Part shown: in pieces, positions 1-11,199 of the stretch
Position numbering within the stretch: position 1 is the stretch's first letter
Layout: each line of letters begins with the position of its first letter
IMG/VR virus record: IMGVR_UViG_3300049783_001607
DNA from: a virus
DNA length: 64,000 nucleotides
Strand: one strand, 5' to 3'
The notes under the pieces: model-generated
Seen by the model: only the letters and a program-made list of their open reading frames with translations
Told to the model about the DNA's origin: nothing
Database searches by the model: none
Made by a program: the position numbers and the translations under genes

Positions 1-1635
1 CTTGTATGCTTCTGATTGTAAATGTAACAGTGTAAAACCTATTTTTGAATCGTCAATTTTATCTATATAACTATTGTATAAACTTTCTTTAATATAAATT
101 ACTTCGATAGTAGTGTTACTAATACCATTATGATCAGCAATATATCTGCCTATACCTACTGACTTAGTATCGCCAACATAGATGTGTACGTTTGAATTAG
201 AATTTTTATCGCTTAAACACGCTATATAGTCTTTACTTAAAGCGCTTTTATATTCTGTATTATTGTATACATTTTCACTAGAATAAGTATTAGCACGTTG
301 TGTAGAAGTGAATATAAATTCTTTTTTCATAGTGTCATCATTCAATTGAATAGCAGCTTCTCCAATATTAAATCCTCTAAAATTATTGTTTATTTTAGAT
401 ATATCAATAATTTTATATAGCTCTGATAAACCATTAATACTATTATTACTTTTAAATTTATCAAGAAGTGTAAGAAAATCAGGTAAGCTTTTTTCATCTT
501 TAATTTTGTCTTGGATAATATTTTCAACAGTTTTTTGAGCTGTTAAAAACATTTCTTTTATAGCGTTCCGTGTTTTACTATTCCATATAACATTTTCTCT
601 TGATGGAGTAACATCTACTGAATTAATATTAGCAATAAAAGATACATTCCCGGAATATTTTTTCATTTCAAGCTCTTCAAAATTAATTGGTCCGTAAGAT
701 ATTAATACATCTGAGGAATCTCCGGGACGTAACAAAATTTGAGGGGTCGCATAATAATTAGATTCTCCAACAATTATAGAATCTGAAGAGTATAAAATTT
801 CATTTGCTATATTTCTTTTTGACGGTTCGCCTTTATATAGCATATCTTTCATTAATAACTCAACGTTAGATATAAAACCCAGTTGATTTTCTACGCTATT
901 AATAAAATCCATTTTTCTATGTCTTTTTACTTCTGCTTCTACTATAACACTATTTTTTTTATCGGATTTTCTATAAAATATTGTGTATTCTTTATCAACT
1001 TCTCCTTTAAAAAATGTTTCTTCTTCGTTTATTATTTCGTCTTCAAATTTAGAAACTGCAGATATTAAATGATCTTTATATACATCAAAAGAATACTCTC
1101 TTCCGTTATATATAGATGTAACAGTATAAAAATCTATACCGGTTGCTAACAATGATTTAGCCCCTAATCCAAAAGAACCTAATTGACTTTTATTTAATCT
1201 TTTAGTGCTGTAACCAAGATCGAAATAATTTATAAGTCTAGTTCCTCCTAAACCTACACCTCTATCAATAAATTTAATTCTGTCTCTTGTAGCTGTATCA
1301 TTTTCAATATATAAAATAGTTACATTTTTATCATCACTTAGATATTTTTTATCATAGTATTCAGGTTTAAATCTAGATCCAGAAAATTCTGACCCTTCTT
1401 TTTCTATGTAAATATCTTCTACTTTAATTTCTCCATTTATTATTTTAAGAGCGTTATCTCTTTCTGTAATTGAATCTAAACAATTAGATACAATTTCTCT
1501 AACAGAAGATTTGAATGGATACATGTACTGGGTTTCTTGCAAAACACTAAACATGATAGATTCCGATCCTTTATGAATCCCTTTCTTACGCGTACTGTTT
1601 CCAATACCTTCTGTGGCTTTAATATTTGATATCAT
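1..1635 (-). CDS. rIIA: rIIA-like protein with N-terminal GHKL (HATPase) domain; 3' end lies beyond the window
   Basis: Absent from the ORF track because it runs off the edge. Manual translation from ATG 1635 gives the GHKL motifs SSVREIVSNCLDS (N box), FIDRGVGL (G1) and GYSTKR..QLGSFGLGAKS (G2), as in phage rIIA proteins. Confidence 0.75.
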   Translation of the reverse strand, partial: MISNIKATEGIGNSTRKKGIHKGSESIMFSVLQETQYMYPFKSSVREIVSNCLDSITERDNALKIINGEIKVEDIYIEKEGSEFSGSRFKPEYYDKKYLSDDKNVTILYIENDTATRDRIKFIDRGVGLGGTRLINYFDLGYSTKRLNKSQLGSFGLGAKSLLATGIDFYTVTSIYNGREYSFDVYKDHLISAVSKFEDEIINEEETFFKGEVDKEYTIFYRKSDKKNSVIVEAEVKRHRKMDFINSVENQLGFISNVELLMKDMLYKGEPSKRNIANEILYSSDSIIVGESNYYATPQILLRPGDSSDVLISYGPINFEELEMKKYSGNVSFIANINSVDVTPSRENVIWNSKTRNAIKEMFLTAQKTVENIIQDKIKDEKSLPDFLTLLDKFKSNNSINGLSELYKIIDISKINNNFRGFNIGEAAIQLNDDTMKKEFIFTSTQRANTYSSENVYNNTEYKSALSKDYIACLSDKNSNSNVHIYVGDTKSVGIGRYIADHNGISNTTIEVIYIKESLYNSYIDKIDDSKIGFTLLHLQSEAYK

Positions 1636-1654
1636 ATTATGTTAAGTTTAAATT

Positions 1655-2577
1655 TTATAGTTTTGTTTTTTGTTTATCTTTAAGAGAATAAAAATTTAAA
1701 ATATGCATTGATATGTTAAAAGCCATTTGATAGCTTTCCCATCTATATTCTTGTATATTAAAAGTTTCCTTGCTTAGATTGACATAAAAACCAAAAATAG
1801 CTTCTCCTATTTCAAATCTACCGTTTTCTAACCATTTTACATCTTTTGTATTAAAGGCCCCAGCTTTTATTTTAAAAGAGTCTTTTATAAACTCTTTTAT
1901 TTTTTCTAGTCCTTCCCCTCTAATTTTTTCTAAAAGAGGTACTTGTTTCATTTTAGAGAATATTCTTTTTTTTATTTTAAATAATTGCTCTGTATGTAAA
2001 GTTGTCCCTAGTTCTACAAGTCCTATGTAAGAACTTTGAGTTATACTGGAATAAAAATAATCTTTATGTTCAACATGAATAATAACATTTGTTGAAAATT
2101 CACTAAAGTTTATAAATATATTTGAACTGTAATCTATTTCCTCGCTTTTTAAAAATTCATCAATTTGATCTGTTAATTTTATTTTTAAATCTTTTATAGT
2201 TTCTTTCATTACTCGTTTCTTTTAAGTCTGTATCTAAGTTTTCTTGCTTCAATATCCCCTGAATGTCTTAAAAGTCTAAAAAAAGGATCTGACATAAATG
2301 ATTTATCCCCTATGGCAGCTTTTTCATAAAATACGTTTAAAATTTCGCTTGGTCTAACAGACTCTTCACAAGCATCGCAATACCTAGCATCGAAAATAGA
2401 TTCAGCTATAAATCTTGCCAGCATTTTTTCATTTTCTGTGTATTTATATGCTTTTAAAATATTTAATCTTATGTTTTCCTCATGCACTTCTAATACGTAT
2501 TTTTTAGGTGTAATTGCAGATAGCGCGTTAAGTAGTTTATGTAGTAATTTTTGTTTTAATTTGTTTAGTTTATTCAT
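1655..2577 (-). CDS. two hypothetical proteins (1655-2209, 184 aa; 2209-2577, 122 aa)
   Basis: Overlapping start/stop codons in operon arrangement; no motif recognised. Confidence 0.6.
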
Positions 2578-3478
2578 TATATTTATCTTTTATTTCTAGA
2601 TAGATTATTTTTAGTTTAGTAATTAAATCAGATAAAGAGCCATCATTATAAACACTATAATCGAATAAACTATTATCTAATCCTGTTTCAGACTCATGCT
2701 CTAATATTACACCTAAATCTATTTCTTCTGGAACATCTGATTTTTTTAATGCTTTAATAAAAGAAATTTCTATAGTTTTATTAGTACCGGTCGTTTTAAT
2801 AACCGGTAAAAATTTATTGTAAAGATCTGGAAATCTATATTTTATAGGTCTATTAATTCTTATTGTAATTCCCGAATTATTTTCAATGGCTCTTTTTTCA
2901 CTTGGAAATCGAAGGTCTGTAATTAACCAATTAGGGTATTTATTATTATTTTTTACATAATCTTTAAATAAACTTGTTACCCATATATTAGGATGTATAA
3001 TGTCTCTTCCACACTCTGTCCCTATTAATACCATTAAAATTCTTGGTGTCATACGAACTTTTTCTATTTTATAATTTTTAAAAGATAAAGGTCCCCTTAG
3101 TCTTTGCTTTTTTGTGTAATCAAGAGCTTCTGGCAGAGTTCCAAAATATTTATATTCTTTGTTTTCTAATGGAGTTAAATTTGTATTATTGTATACAGTA
3201 ATTACTTTGTATTTAGTCCATTCAGAACCTAAATAAGTATTTTTAAAGGCTCTATTTTCTAATTGTCTTCTAGTACAATTTAAAAGAACGCAAACAAAAT
3301 TTTTTATTTTATCGGCAAATTTTCTATACTCAAATAGATTAAGTTTTGATGGAAATTCAAAAGCTGAATCTAAGAATTGTTTTTCAGTCAGTTCTCCCTT
3401 GTTTAAAAATAGTAAATGCAATAAATCCGCGGAAACATCTTTTCCCGCTCTTAGTTTTCCTGAAATACCTATTATCAT
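2570..3478 (-). CDS. deoxynucleoside monophosphate kinase (T4 gp1-like)
   Basis: IIGISGKLRAGKD P-loop, FADKIK, TPRILM..IGTECGR, ITDLRFPSE, HESETGLD. Confidence 0.9.
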   Translation of the reverse strand: MIIGISGKLRAGKDVSADLLHLLFLNKGELTEKQFLDSAFEFPSKLNLFEYRKFADKIKNFVCVLLNCTRRQLENRAFKNTYLGSEWTKYKVITVYNNTNLTPLENKEYKYFGTLPEALDYTKKQRLRGPLSFKNYKIEKVRMTPRILMVLIGTECGRDIIHPNIWVTSLFKDYVKNNNKYPNWLITDLRFPSEKRAIENNSGITIRINRPIKYRFPDLYNKFLPVIKTTGTNKTIEISFIKALKKSDVPEEIDLGVILEHESETGLDNSLFDYSVYNDGSLSDLITKLKIIYLEIKDKYNE

Positions 3479-3519
3479 GTTTTCTTATTTAATTATTATT
3501 AATGCTGTGCAAAATTGCA

Positions 3520-3978
3520 TTATTTATCGTACCCTAAACGAATTGCTGTGTTTTTCATAATATTACAAAGCTGTTCAGATAATTCAAACCGCTCTTTATT
3601 TATTTCAATAGACTTCATTATGTTGCCGTCAGAGTGGCGTTCTGTCGCCGCTTTCCAATCAAAGAACATTTCTATTAAATCAAATAAATCAAAGCCATTT
3701 ACACCATTCTTGTAATGTTCAGGATGGTGACTATTATTTTCGTAATGATGGTCAAGGGCTACTTTCATCAATTTAAAGAACTTATTATAACTTTCAGTCC
3801 CATATTTAGAATCTTTTAAAAGAGGTGTGTATTTATCAAACAATTCCTTTTCAGGGCTTTCAAGTTTTGAATCATCGTGAACATTGGCACGTTTTATTAA
3901 TTCACTTGCTGCTTCTGTCATTAATTGATTTACTCTTTTAATATGCAGTAGAGTATCTGCTTTGCTATCGTATCTCAT
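3520..3978 (-). CDS. DUF5662-like HD-superfamily phage protein
   Basis: HIKRV, HDDSK, HHYENNSHHPEH, DLIEMFFDW. Confidence 0.75.
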   Translation of the reverse strand: MRYDSKADTLLHIKRVNQLMTEAASELIKRANVHDDSKLESPEKELFDKYTPLLKDSKYGTESYNKFFKLMKVALDHHYENNSHHPEHYKNGVNGFDLFDLIEMFFDWKAATERHSDGNIMKSIEINKERFELSEQLCNIMKNTAIRLGYDK

Positions 3979-5338
3979 AATTTTTGTTGAGTTTGTTTAA
4001 CAGGCCGGTTATTTTTTTACTTTTAAATTAAATGGTTTAACATGCCCTTCTTTAGCAGAATACCACTTCCCTTGATAATTAAATTCAAATCCACTATCTC
4101 TCATACAAATAACCATTTTTTCTCCGTCACTTGTTTTTAATACAACAGAGTTAAATACTTCTTCAAGGTGCATTGTGTTTTCTTCGTTTACTGTAATTCT
4201 CATTTTTATTTATTAAATTATGTGTCGACACTTGTTCTACACTTGTCATTAGAATTAATACTACTTTACGTTTATTTCAACAATACTGACCATTTCATCT
4301 TCTTGCACTTCTTGTAAAGTGTAATCTGTGTAATTTTCCCATTCTTCATTATCAATGGCTTCTTGTGCTTTTTCTCTTGTCTTAAAAGTTCCTTTTGCTT
4401 TTGGCATTTCCCACTCGCATTTAATTTTGTAAATTTTCATACTTTTTATATTTATTGAACCAATGTTTTTATTTACGCAACTAATTTTATTTTCATTATA
4501 TGTGACTCCATTCACCGTACTTTTTAGAAAGTTTATCTAACTGTTCTAATTCGATTCTCTTAATTCTGTCTTGCTCTTTTTTTTGCTCTTCCTCCTCCCG
4601 CTTTTTATAACGTAATTTTTCTTTTTCACAGGCATTTTCATACTCTTGTTTTGTTATCAAACCTAATTCAAGTAAAGTAGGTTCTGTTTCGTCTTTACTA
4701 TATTGATTTAAATTAACCTCTTCTCTTTTATGTCCAAAACTTTCTGTAATATCATTCACTATAAAAACAGCAAAAGTATTGTCAGAGAATTTAACCCAAA
4801 GATCACCAAAATACATTTTTGTATCGGCTATTGTTTTTCCTTTTAAGCCTTTTAAATTTGTTATTTCATTTTTCATTTTAATATAGTTTTGTTATTAATT
4901 AAAAACTGCAACTAACACTATGCAAAGTGCATTAAAACGCACCTTGCACTTGATTGTTCTAAACAATAAAAGGGCTTTCATTCATTGCTTTTGTGTAGTA
5001 CTTGCAAAGTTGTTTGTGTGTAAACTCTCTTTTTCCATCTTTAGAAACCCATTGGTAAACTTTTGGTCTGTACTTAAAAAATTTCTCTATATAATCATTA
5101 AAGGCTTGTGTGTACTTATCGCCCTTTAACTGTGTAGAACAATGTGTAAAATCAATGGCTTTATCTCGCCTATCTATAAGAGTTTGTACCATATTAAATA
5201 TTCTTATTTCATTAACACCGCTATCAAATATATGCTGTATCTCTACTTTTAAGTCTGTCTTTTCTTGTTCTGTCATTATCTATTTTGTTTAGTTATTAAT
5301 TCACGCCACTAATCTTACACTCAACGTTACCTTCAATA

Positions 5339-5650
5339 CTACTTTAGTACATCATAAGCACTTTTAAAGTAGCTTGGTTTTACAGGCCAGCAATGTTTAC
5401 CTAATTCTTTTGTATATCCAAATACGATATAATCACCGATACTTGCTATTTGTGTTTCACCGCCAATTTCAGGTGTTTTAAGTTTCAGGCCTTCACGTTT
5501 CACAATATTTTCGTAATCATCCCATTTATCGGATGCTATGTTATGTGATAAATCAGGCTTACTAAATACTTCTGTGTAAACCTCAAAAATGTTGTTTTCT
5601 TTTAGCTGAATAAATTCAATTATTACAGGCTTCTTTTGTGCTTTTTCCAT
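5339..5650 (-). CDS. conserved phage protein (KKPVxIE...GDYI...WPVKP family, PGDYG-like)
   Basis: AQKKPVIIEFIQ, IGDYIV, CWPVKPSYFKSAY. Confidence 0.6.
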   Translation of the reverse strand: MEKAQKKPVIIEFIQLKENNIFEVYTEVFSKPDLSHNIASDKWDDYENIVKREGLKLKTPEIGGETQIASIGDYIVFGYTKELGKHCWPVKPSYFKSAYDVLK

Positions 5651-6494
5651 CCGATTAATTTATTTGGTTTCATAATTTATAAAGGTTTATTAAATCTGCC
5701 TAAAAAGCATACTATATCATTAATTAGAAATAACTCATATTAAAATCCCCTTTTTTAAATGTTTTCTGCATTTCTAATTTTTCTCGCCAGCCTTTTCCGT
5801 ATTTTTTATTTATTTCACATCTTGCTTTTCCGTGATAGTCTTTTACTCCTTGCAACTTTAGGTTTTTAGATAAAGTTTTTAACTCTTTGCTTATATCTTT
5901 TTGTTTTTTTTCTATTTCTTTATTATTCATAATTTATAGAAGTTTATTAAATCTACCTAAAAAGCATACTATTTCACAATCTAATGTCCCATTACATAAA
6001 AGCTTTTTAATAGCTGGATTTTCATCTTTATGCAAAGAACTTACTATTTTTTTAACTCGTCTATTGCTTAAAGAAGTGTCTTGATATTTCAAACCGCATT
6101 TTGTTTTCCAATCAAATAATATTTTATTGTTATTTTTATTTCTATAAACAAACTTCACTTCATACCAGTAATATTTTTTAGACAGCACTTTGTATAATAA
6201 GGCGTACATCATATTTGCTTCTCTATTTTTGCCTAAGTACTCTATTAATTTATTCATTTGTTTTTATTTATTTAATTACTATTTATCTCTCCAATTTTTA
6301 ATTTTTCTCTTTTCATTTTAACTTCATTCTCAAAGTTTATAAAAAAATCAATTAAATTTTTATCGTCATCATCTGTTTCTAAAGCTTCAATTAATAAGTC
6401 TTTAGTATTTTTAAGTAAAAAAGGGATGTATGATTTTGTTATTATATTTTCTGTTATTTTGCTCATCTTATATTAGTGACTTTATGTGCAATGA

Positions 6495-6938
6495 CTACAT
6501 TTCGTTTTGAGAAAACTTATCTCCTAATAACTCTAGTCTTTGTCCTAATACTTGCAAATACTCATTCATTAATCTTGATTGTGTATAAAGTAAATCTTTG
6601 TTTACTCTATCTAAATCAACGAAATTTTTAGTGCGCATAAAATCGTTTAAAGAGTTTGTTTTAGTCGCTAATTCTCTAGTTTGATTTAGTAATCTATCAT
6701 AAAAAGTTTCAGATTGCTTGTAAATTTTATCAAAAACATCTTTTGGACTCCAAGAAATATAGCCATCGTGGTTTTTGTGGTTAGGTTTTCCACTTTCGAT
6801 ATATTCAACTAACATACCATCTTCGTTACTATCCTCATTAGATGGCTGCTCCCATCCTCTATAAGAATTGTACTCTTCTTTTTTCATGGATACAGCTTTT
6901 AAAGTCTTTGTCCCTGTGTAATTAATCATTCCTTTCAT
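6495..6938 (-). CDS. conserved phage protein with YISWSPKDVF domain and C-terminal helical crAss001_48-like domain
   Basis: YTGTK..A..M, GYISWSPKDVF, then LL.TQ..LM.EY.QVL..RL. Confidence 0.6.
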   Translation of the reverse strand: MKGMINYTGTKTLKAVSMKKEEYNSYRGWEQPSNEDSNEDGMLVEYIESGKPNHKNHDGYISWSPKDVFDKIYKQSETFYDRLLNQTRELATKTNSLNDFMRTKNFVDLDRVNKDLLYTQSRLMNEYLQVLGQRLELLGDKFSQNEM

Positions 6939-8617
6939 TATGTAAAATTTAAAATATTTGCTTACTCTATTTTAAGGTTTTCAGCTTATCCTTTAATTTA
7001 ATAATTCGTCAAATCTACGCTTAACGGTAGTTCATAAACTTGAAATTCACTGAATGTTTCAGTTTTTCTATCTTCATCCGTATAACCACTCAAACCAATT
7101 TCATTATATTTTCCATGAGGAAATAGTTTTATAAAAGTTACTTCGTGAATACAATCTTTTCTTTCGTTTAGGTCGGTGTGATTTTCAATTTCAGAAACAA
7201 AATCTCCTACTTTTAATTTTTTTACATTTACTGACATAATAGTTTCAGTTTTTTTTTATTTTAAATTAACATTATCATAAGAAATTTTAGGAGTAAACTT
7301 AAAATCTTCAGATAGCCAATATTCCCACATCTCATCATCAGTTATAAGACCTTCTTTTCCAAGCTTTTTTATTATACTGGATTTTTCTTGTGTTATATTG
7401 TTTATAGTTTCATTAGAGTATATTTGTTCTATCGATTTTGTTTCTATAGGACCTATCATTTTTTTAACAATTTTAGTTCTATTTATTAACATTTCATCAA
7501 TGGTGTTTAATCTTTTTAAAATATAATTTATTTCCATAATCTACTTCTTTTTAATTAAATAATTCAATTTTAACTAACACGTAATATAAAACATACACTC
7601 ATTTAGTTCTGTGGTCTAAACAATCATTTCCGTATATTTCAGTAGGTATATTTCCACAAACCTTACATTTAATTACAAAGTATTTAGAACCAAATATCCT
7701 TGCTAATAATCTTGTAATTGGGCCATAAAATAATACGTTTTCGGGTCTGCTATAATATTTTGCTTTCATAATTATATTTTTTAGTTTAATAATATTAAGT
7801 AAATTAACTTCTACCCAAGTTGGTTAACACGCCATGAGCGGTTTTTACTATCTCGCCAAATACTCCTACAATTAAGTGTGTTTATTTCATCACCCCACAC
7901 ATTACCAATAAAAGAAAAGCCACGCTCTCTTGCTTCTTCAATGTCAATGCTTATAAATAATTGTCTATACTTATCACGCACAGAATACAACAATGTATAA
8001 AATGCATTGCTTTTTGTTTTTTGCCAATATTCAGCCATAATTTTAATTTTAGTTTTATTGAATTATTTTTTTCATATCATTGTCTTTATTTTAAAAATTA
8101 TTCAGTTTCCCAATAAATCCTACTGCTTGTCCAAGGATATATGACTCTTGCTTGTTTTTTATTACATTTTATACATTTTCTTTCACTTGGTATTGTTTCT
8201 CTCCATTTGTGTAATCCTATAAAACATTTAATTCTATCAATCATAATTCTCTATTTTTCGCATTTATAACAATCTTCACCTACTTCACCATTTTCTGTTA
8301 TTAAATAACCTGTTAATGAAACGCATATTAGTCCCAACTTTTCATATAATATTCTAAGTCACTATGTATAAACCCATCATTATTTTTATTTCTGTGTTTT
8401 TCTCGTAAAGCTCCTTCGTATATTCCTTCTTCGTATGCACTTTTCATATTTTCAAAAGAATAACTATTTTTAACACCTGATAAAAGTAATTGCTCGGTTT
8501 GGTAACTGTCTAATAATTCAACTAATTCCTCAAAAGTAAAGGACTGCCTAAAATTAGGGTGTTTAACTTTTTTGCCATTACTGTACTTGTCTATTAAGTA
8601 TTTTTTATTGTCCATTT

Positions 8618-9016
8618 TTATTTAATTTTAACTTTGTCAACAACGTATATACTCCCTGTAATTGTTACGTCATTTAAACTTTTAGTGCCGATATCTCTAA
8701 TTTCTCCTTTTAAATTAGCTCCTGTAGAAGATTCAACATCATCTAATATTTTATACGCTAAACATTTACCTTTTTCATTCCAAACAATCTCTCTATTTTT
8801 ACCTACGTAACCGTCATTAACAAAAACAGTATCTCCTATAAATACTTTAACTTTGTTTATATCTTCAAAACCTGCATATTGCCTAGTGTAAATAAGATTT
8901 AAACTATCCCATACATCACACCTGTGCTTTATTTTTGGTATTTCAGAAATATGGTATTGTTTTTTTACTATTCCGTTTACACTTTCAAATCCGTACTCAA
9001 ATATATTTTCGTTCAT
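8618..9016 (-). CDS. YopX-family-like protein
   Basis: RQYAGFEDINKVKVFIGD resembles the YopX QYTGLKDKNGxEIYEGD motif. Confidence 0.6.
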   Translation of the reverse strand: MNENIFEYGFESVNGIVKKQYHISEIPKIKHRCDVWDSLNLIYTRQYAGFEDINKVKVFIGDTVFVNDGYVGKNREIVWNEKGKCLAYKILDDVESSTGANLKGEIRDIGTKSLNDVTITGSIYVVDKVKIK

Positions 9017-9633
9017 AATTATATTTTTAGTTTGATAATACTAAGTAAATTAACTTCTACCTAAAGTCCAATTAATCCACCTTTCTTGTTGTGTTAATGG
9101 CTTCGGTTCAAATCGTTTTCCGTAATCATTTAAAACTTTTGTGGCTTGGTCAGGAGTTGCTTTATAAGCGTTTTTATATCCCTCTTTTATTATTTTAAAT
9201 AATTGCTCGTCTTGTCTCTTTTCAGAAGAACAATCTATTACAGTTGGTGAATTGTTTTTGTGTAATTTATATACTATGCAATGAGTTATTTTTTTCATTT
9301 TGTTTAATTAATAATTATTTACTAGTCAAAAATATTATTCAACTTTATTAATATCCTCAAAGTGTGTTTTTAGAACTTTCATAGCATTATCAAAGTTTTT
9401 GTCTACTGTATTAACTTCATCTTTATATTCAGAAGAACTATCATCGTATAAGATAGTCCATCCGTTCTCACCAGATTGTATTGTTACTACTAATTGGCTC
9501 GTACCAACTTTAAATAATTCTTTTCTTTTTACCTCACTTGAAGGCATCATTCCCATAAATCTATCCATACTTTTAAATTTAATTTGTTTTATTATTGCCT
9601 TTTAATTCTGTATACTTTGTTTTATCTAATTGT

Positions 9634-10032
9634 TTATATGCAGTTGGGACATAGCTCTAACGCTTGTTTTAACCCTTTTTCTAAAGCCTCTTCATAAATA
9701 TATTTAATCAAACTAATTGATGGTATTTTATTAAAATATTCATCTTGAAAAAGGGTGTAACATTGCCATCCTGTTTGTTTTTCTCCCATTTTATCATCTC
9801 CATAAACAGGTTTTAAACACAAGTTTATATTTTTTGTTTCTCTCAACCATTTTTGTAAATAACTTTGAGAAGGCCTTATGTAAAGTGATTGTTTGCTATG
9901 CATATACCCTTTTTTCTTTGCTAAATTAAATACTTTAAGCGTAACTAATTTGTCGTTTGTATCCGTAGTTTTTTGTATCGTATTTTTAGTATGTGTATTG
10001 CTTATCTTGTGTTTTTTATCGTCTGTATTCAT
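9634..10032 (-). CDS. hypothetical protein, paralog of 37084-37449 and 37446-37835
   Basis: Shared motifs LAKKKG, P(S/T)QS.L.KWLRE, YEEALEKGL. Confidence 0.7.
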   Translation of the reverse strand: MNTDDKKHKISNTHTKNTIQKTTDTNDKLVTLKVFNLAKKKGYMHSKQSLYIRPSQSYLQKWLRETKNINLCLKPVYGDDKMGEKQTGWQCYTLFQDEYFNKIPSISLIKYIYEEALEKGLKQALELCPNCI

Positions 10033-10599
10033 ACTTTTTAATTTAATTTGTTTTTTAGTTGGTATTTAAAATATTCATTGCCATCACCATCTATAAATAT
10101 TATTTCATAGTATCCAGTCCACACTGTACCGCCTAACATATTTTTAATATTAAATATTTTATTACCTCTTCTAGTTCTTTTTGGCGAAAATATTTTTTTA
10201 TCTTCTGTTAAGTATGTTTTATTTAAAGCTATTTTCATATTATTGTCTTTTAATTCTTTCCATTCCGTTACAACCTAAACATTGCGTACCGCATCTCAAA
10301 CCATTTGATTCCTCAGAATGACAATAAAACGGTTTAACAACATCAGGTAAAGTCAATGCTATTTTATAGTCTTCGAATACACATAGCGCTGTACCCCAGA
10401 ATCTATCAACTCCATTGCTGTCTCTATCGTGGCTTGGGTTTCTTTTATCCCATAAGTTTTGTAATAACTTCTGTTTTTGTTCTTCAGTTCTTTCCATTTT
10501 TGTATCTTAATTAACTTAGTTGCTTTTTAAATATCGCAACGAAACTTTATATCATATGTTAGTAGCAATAATTTTTTAGCCGCCTACACGTGCCAATCA

Positions 10600-11199
10600 T
10601 TACGCTTTAAACTCGTGGTTTATTGGTAATGTAATTCTATACATAACTCTATGTATGTCTTTATCTAAAGGCAAACTTTCGTGTATAAATTGCGAGTTTC
10701 CATAATAAACTTTATTTGCATCAAGTTTAAATCCTTTCCCTAATTCAATGTGTCTACAATCTCCACCTATTCCAGCGTTGCCCTTAAAATCACCATTCCA
10801 TCCTTTAGAAGAAGAATAATTTGAAGCAATTAACATCCCGCCTTTTTCATTTTCATAAGATAATTTATGTTCAATTGTATTTAATTGGTTTCCATTTTCG
10901 CCAATCTTCCATCCATTCCCTCCGCCGTCAGAACCCCATTTTAAAGATTCTAAAAAGTTGCCGTCAATATGTGGCGAACCACGTCTTAAAGTATTTGCTT
11001 TTTTAACAAACTTTCCGTGTACAGTTAAAAATGCTTCACCTATTTTGTTAGGTAAGTTTTTAATCATTTCTTTTGCCGTCTCTCTAAATTCTATAGGCAA
11101 TGTCATTAAGTTGCTTAAATCAAATGCTAGCATACTTGTCTCTCCATTGTAAAAAGGTATTTCAATACTATTCATTTTTTTTGATATACTTGTAATCAT
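10600..11199 (-). CDS. putative Fe(II)/2-oxoglutarate dioxygenase-like protein
   Basis: RRGSPHIDG (HxD), distal HESLP, and R..YRITLP pattern. Confidence 0.6.
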   Translation of the reverse strand: MITSISKKMNSIEIPFYNGETSMLAFDLSNLMTLPIEFRETAKEMIKNLPNKIGEAFLTVHGKFVKKANTLRRGSPHIDGNFLESLKWGSDGGGNGWKIGENGNQLNTIEHKLSYENEKGGMLIASNYSSSKGWNGDFKGNAGIGGDCRHIELGKGFKLDANKVYYGNSQFIHESLPLDKDIHRVMYRITLPINHEFKA

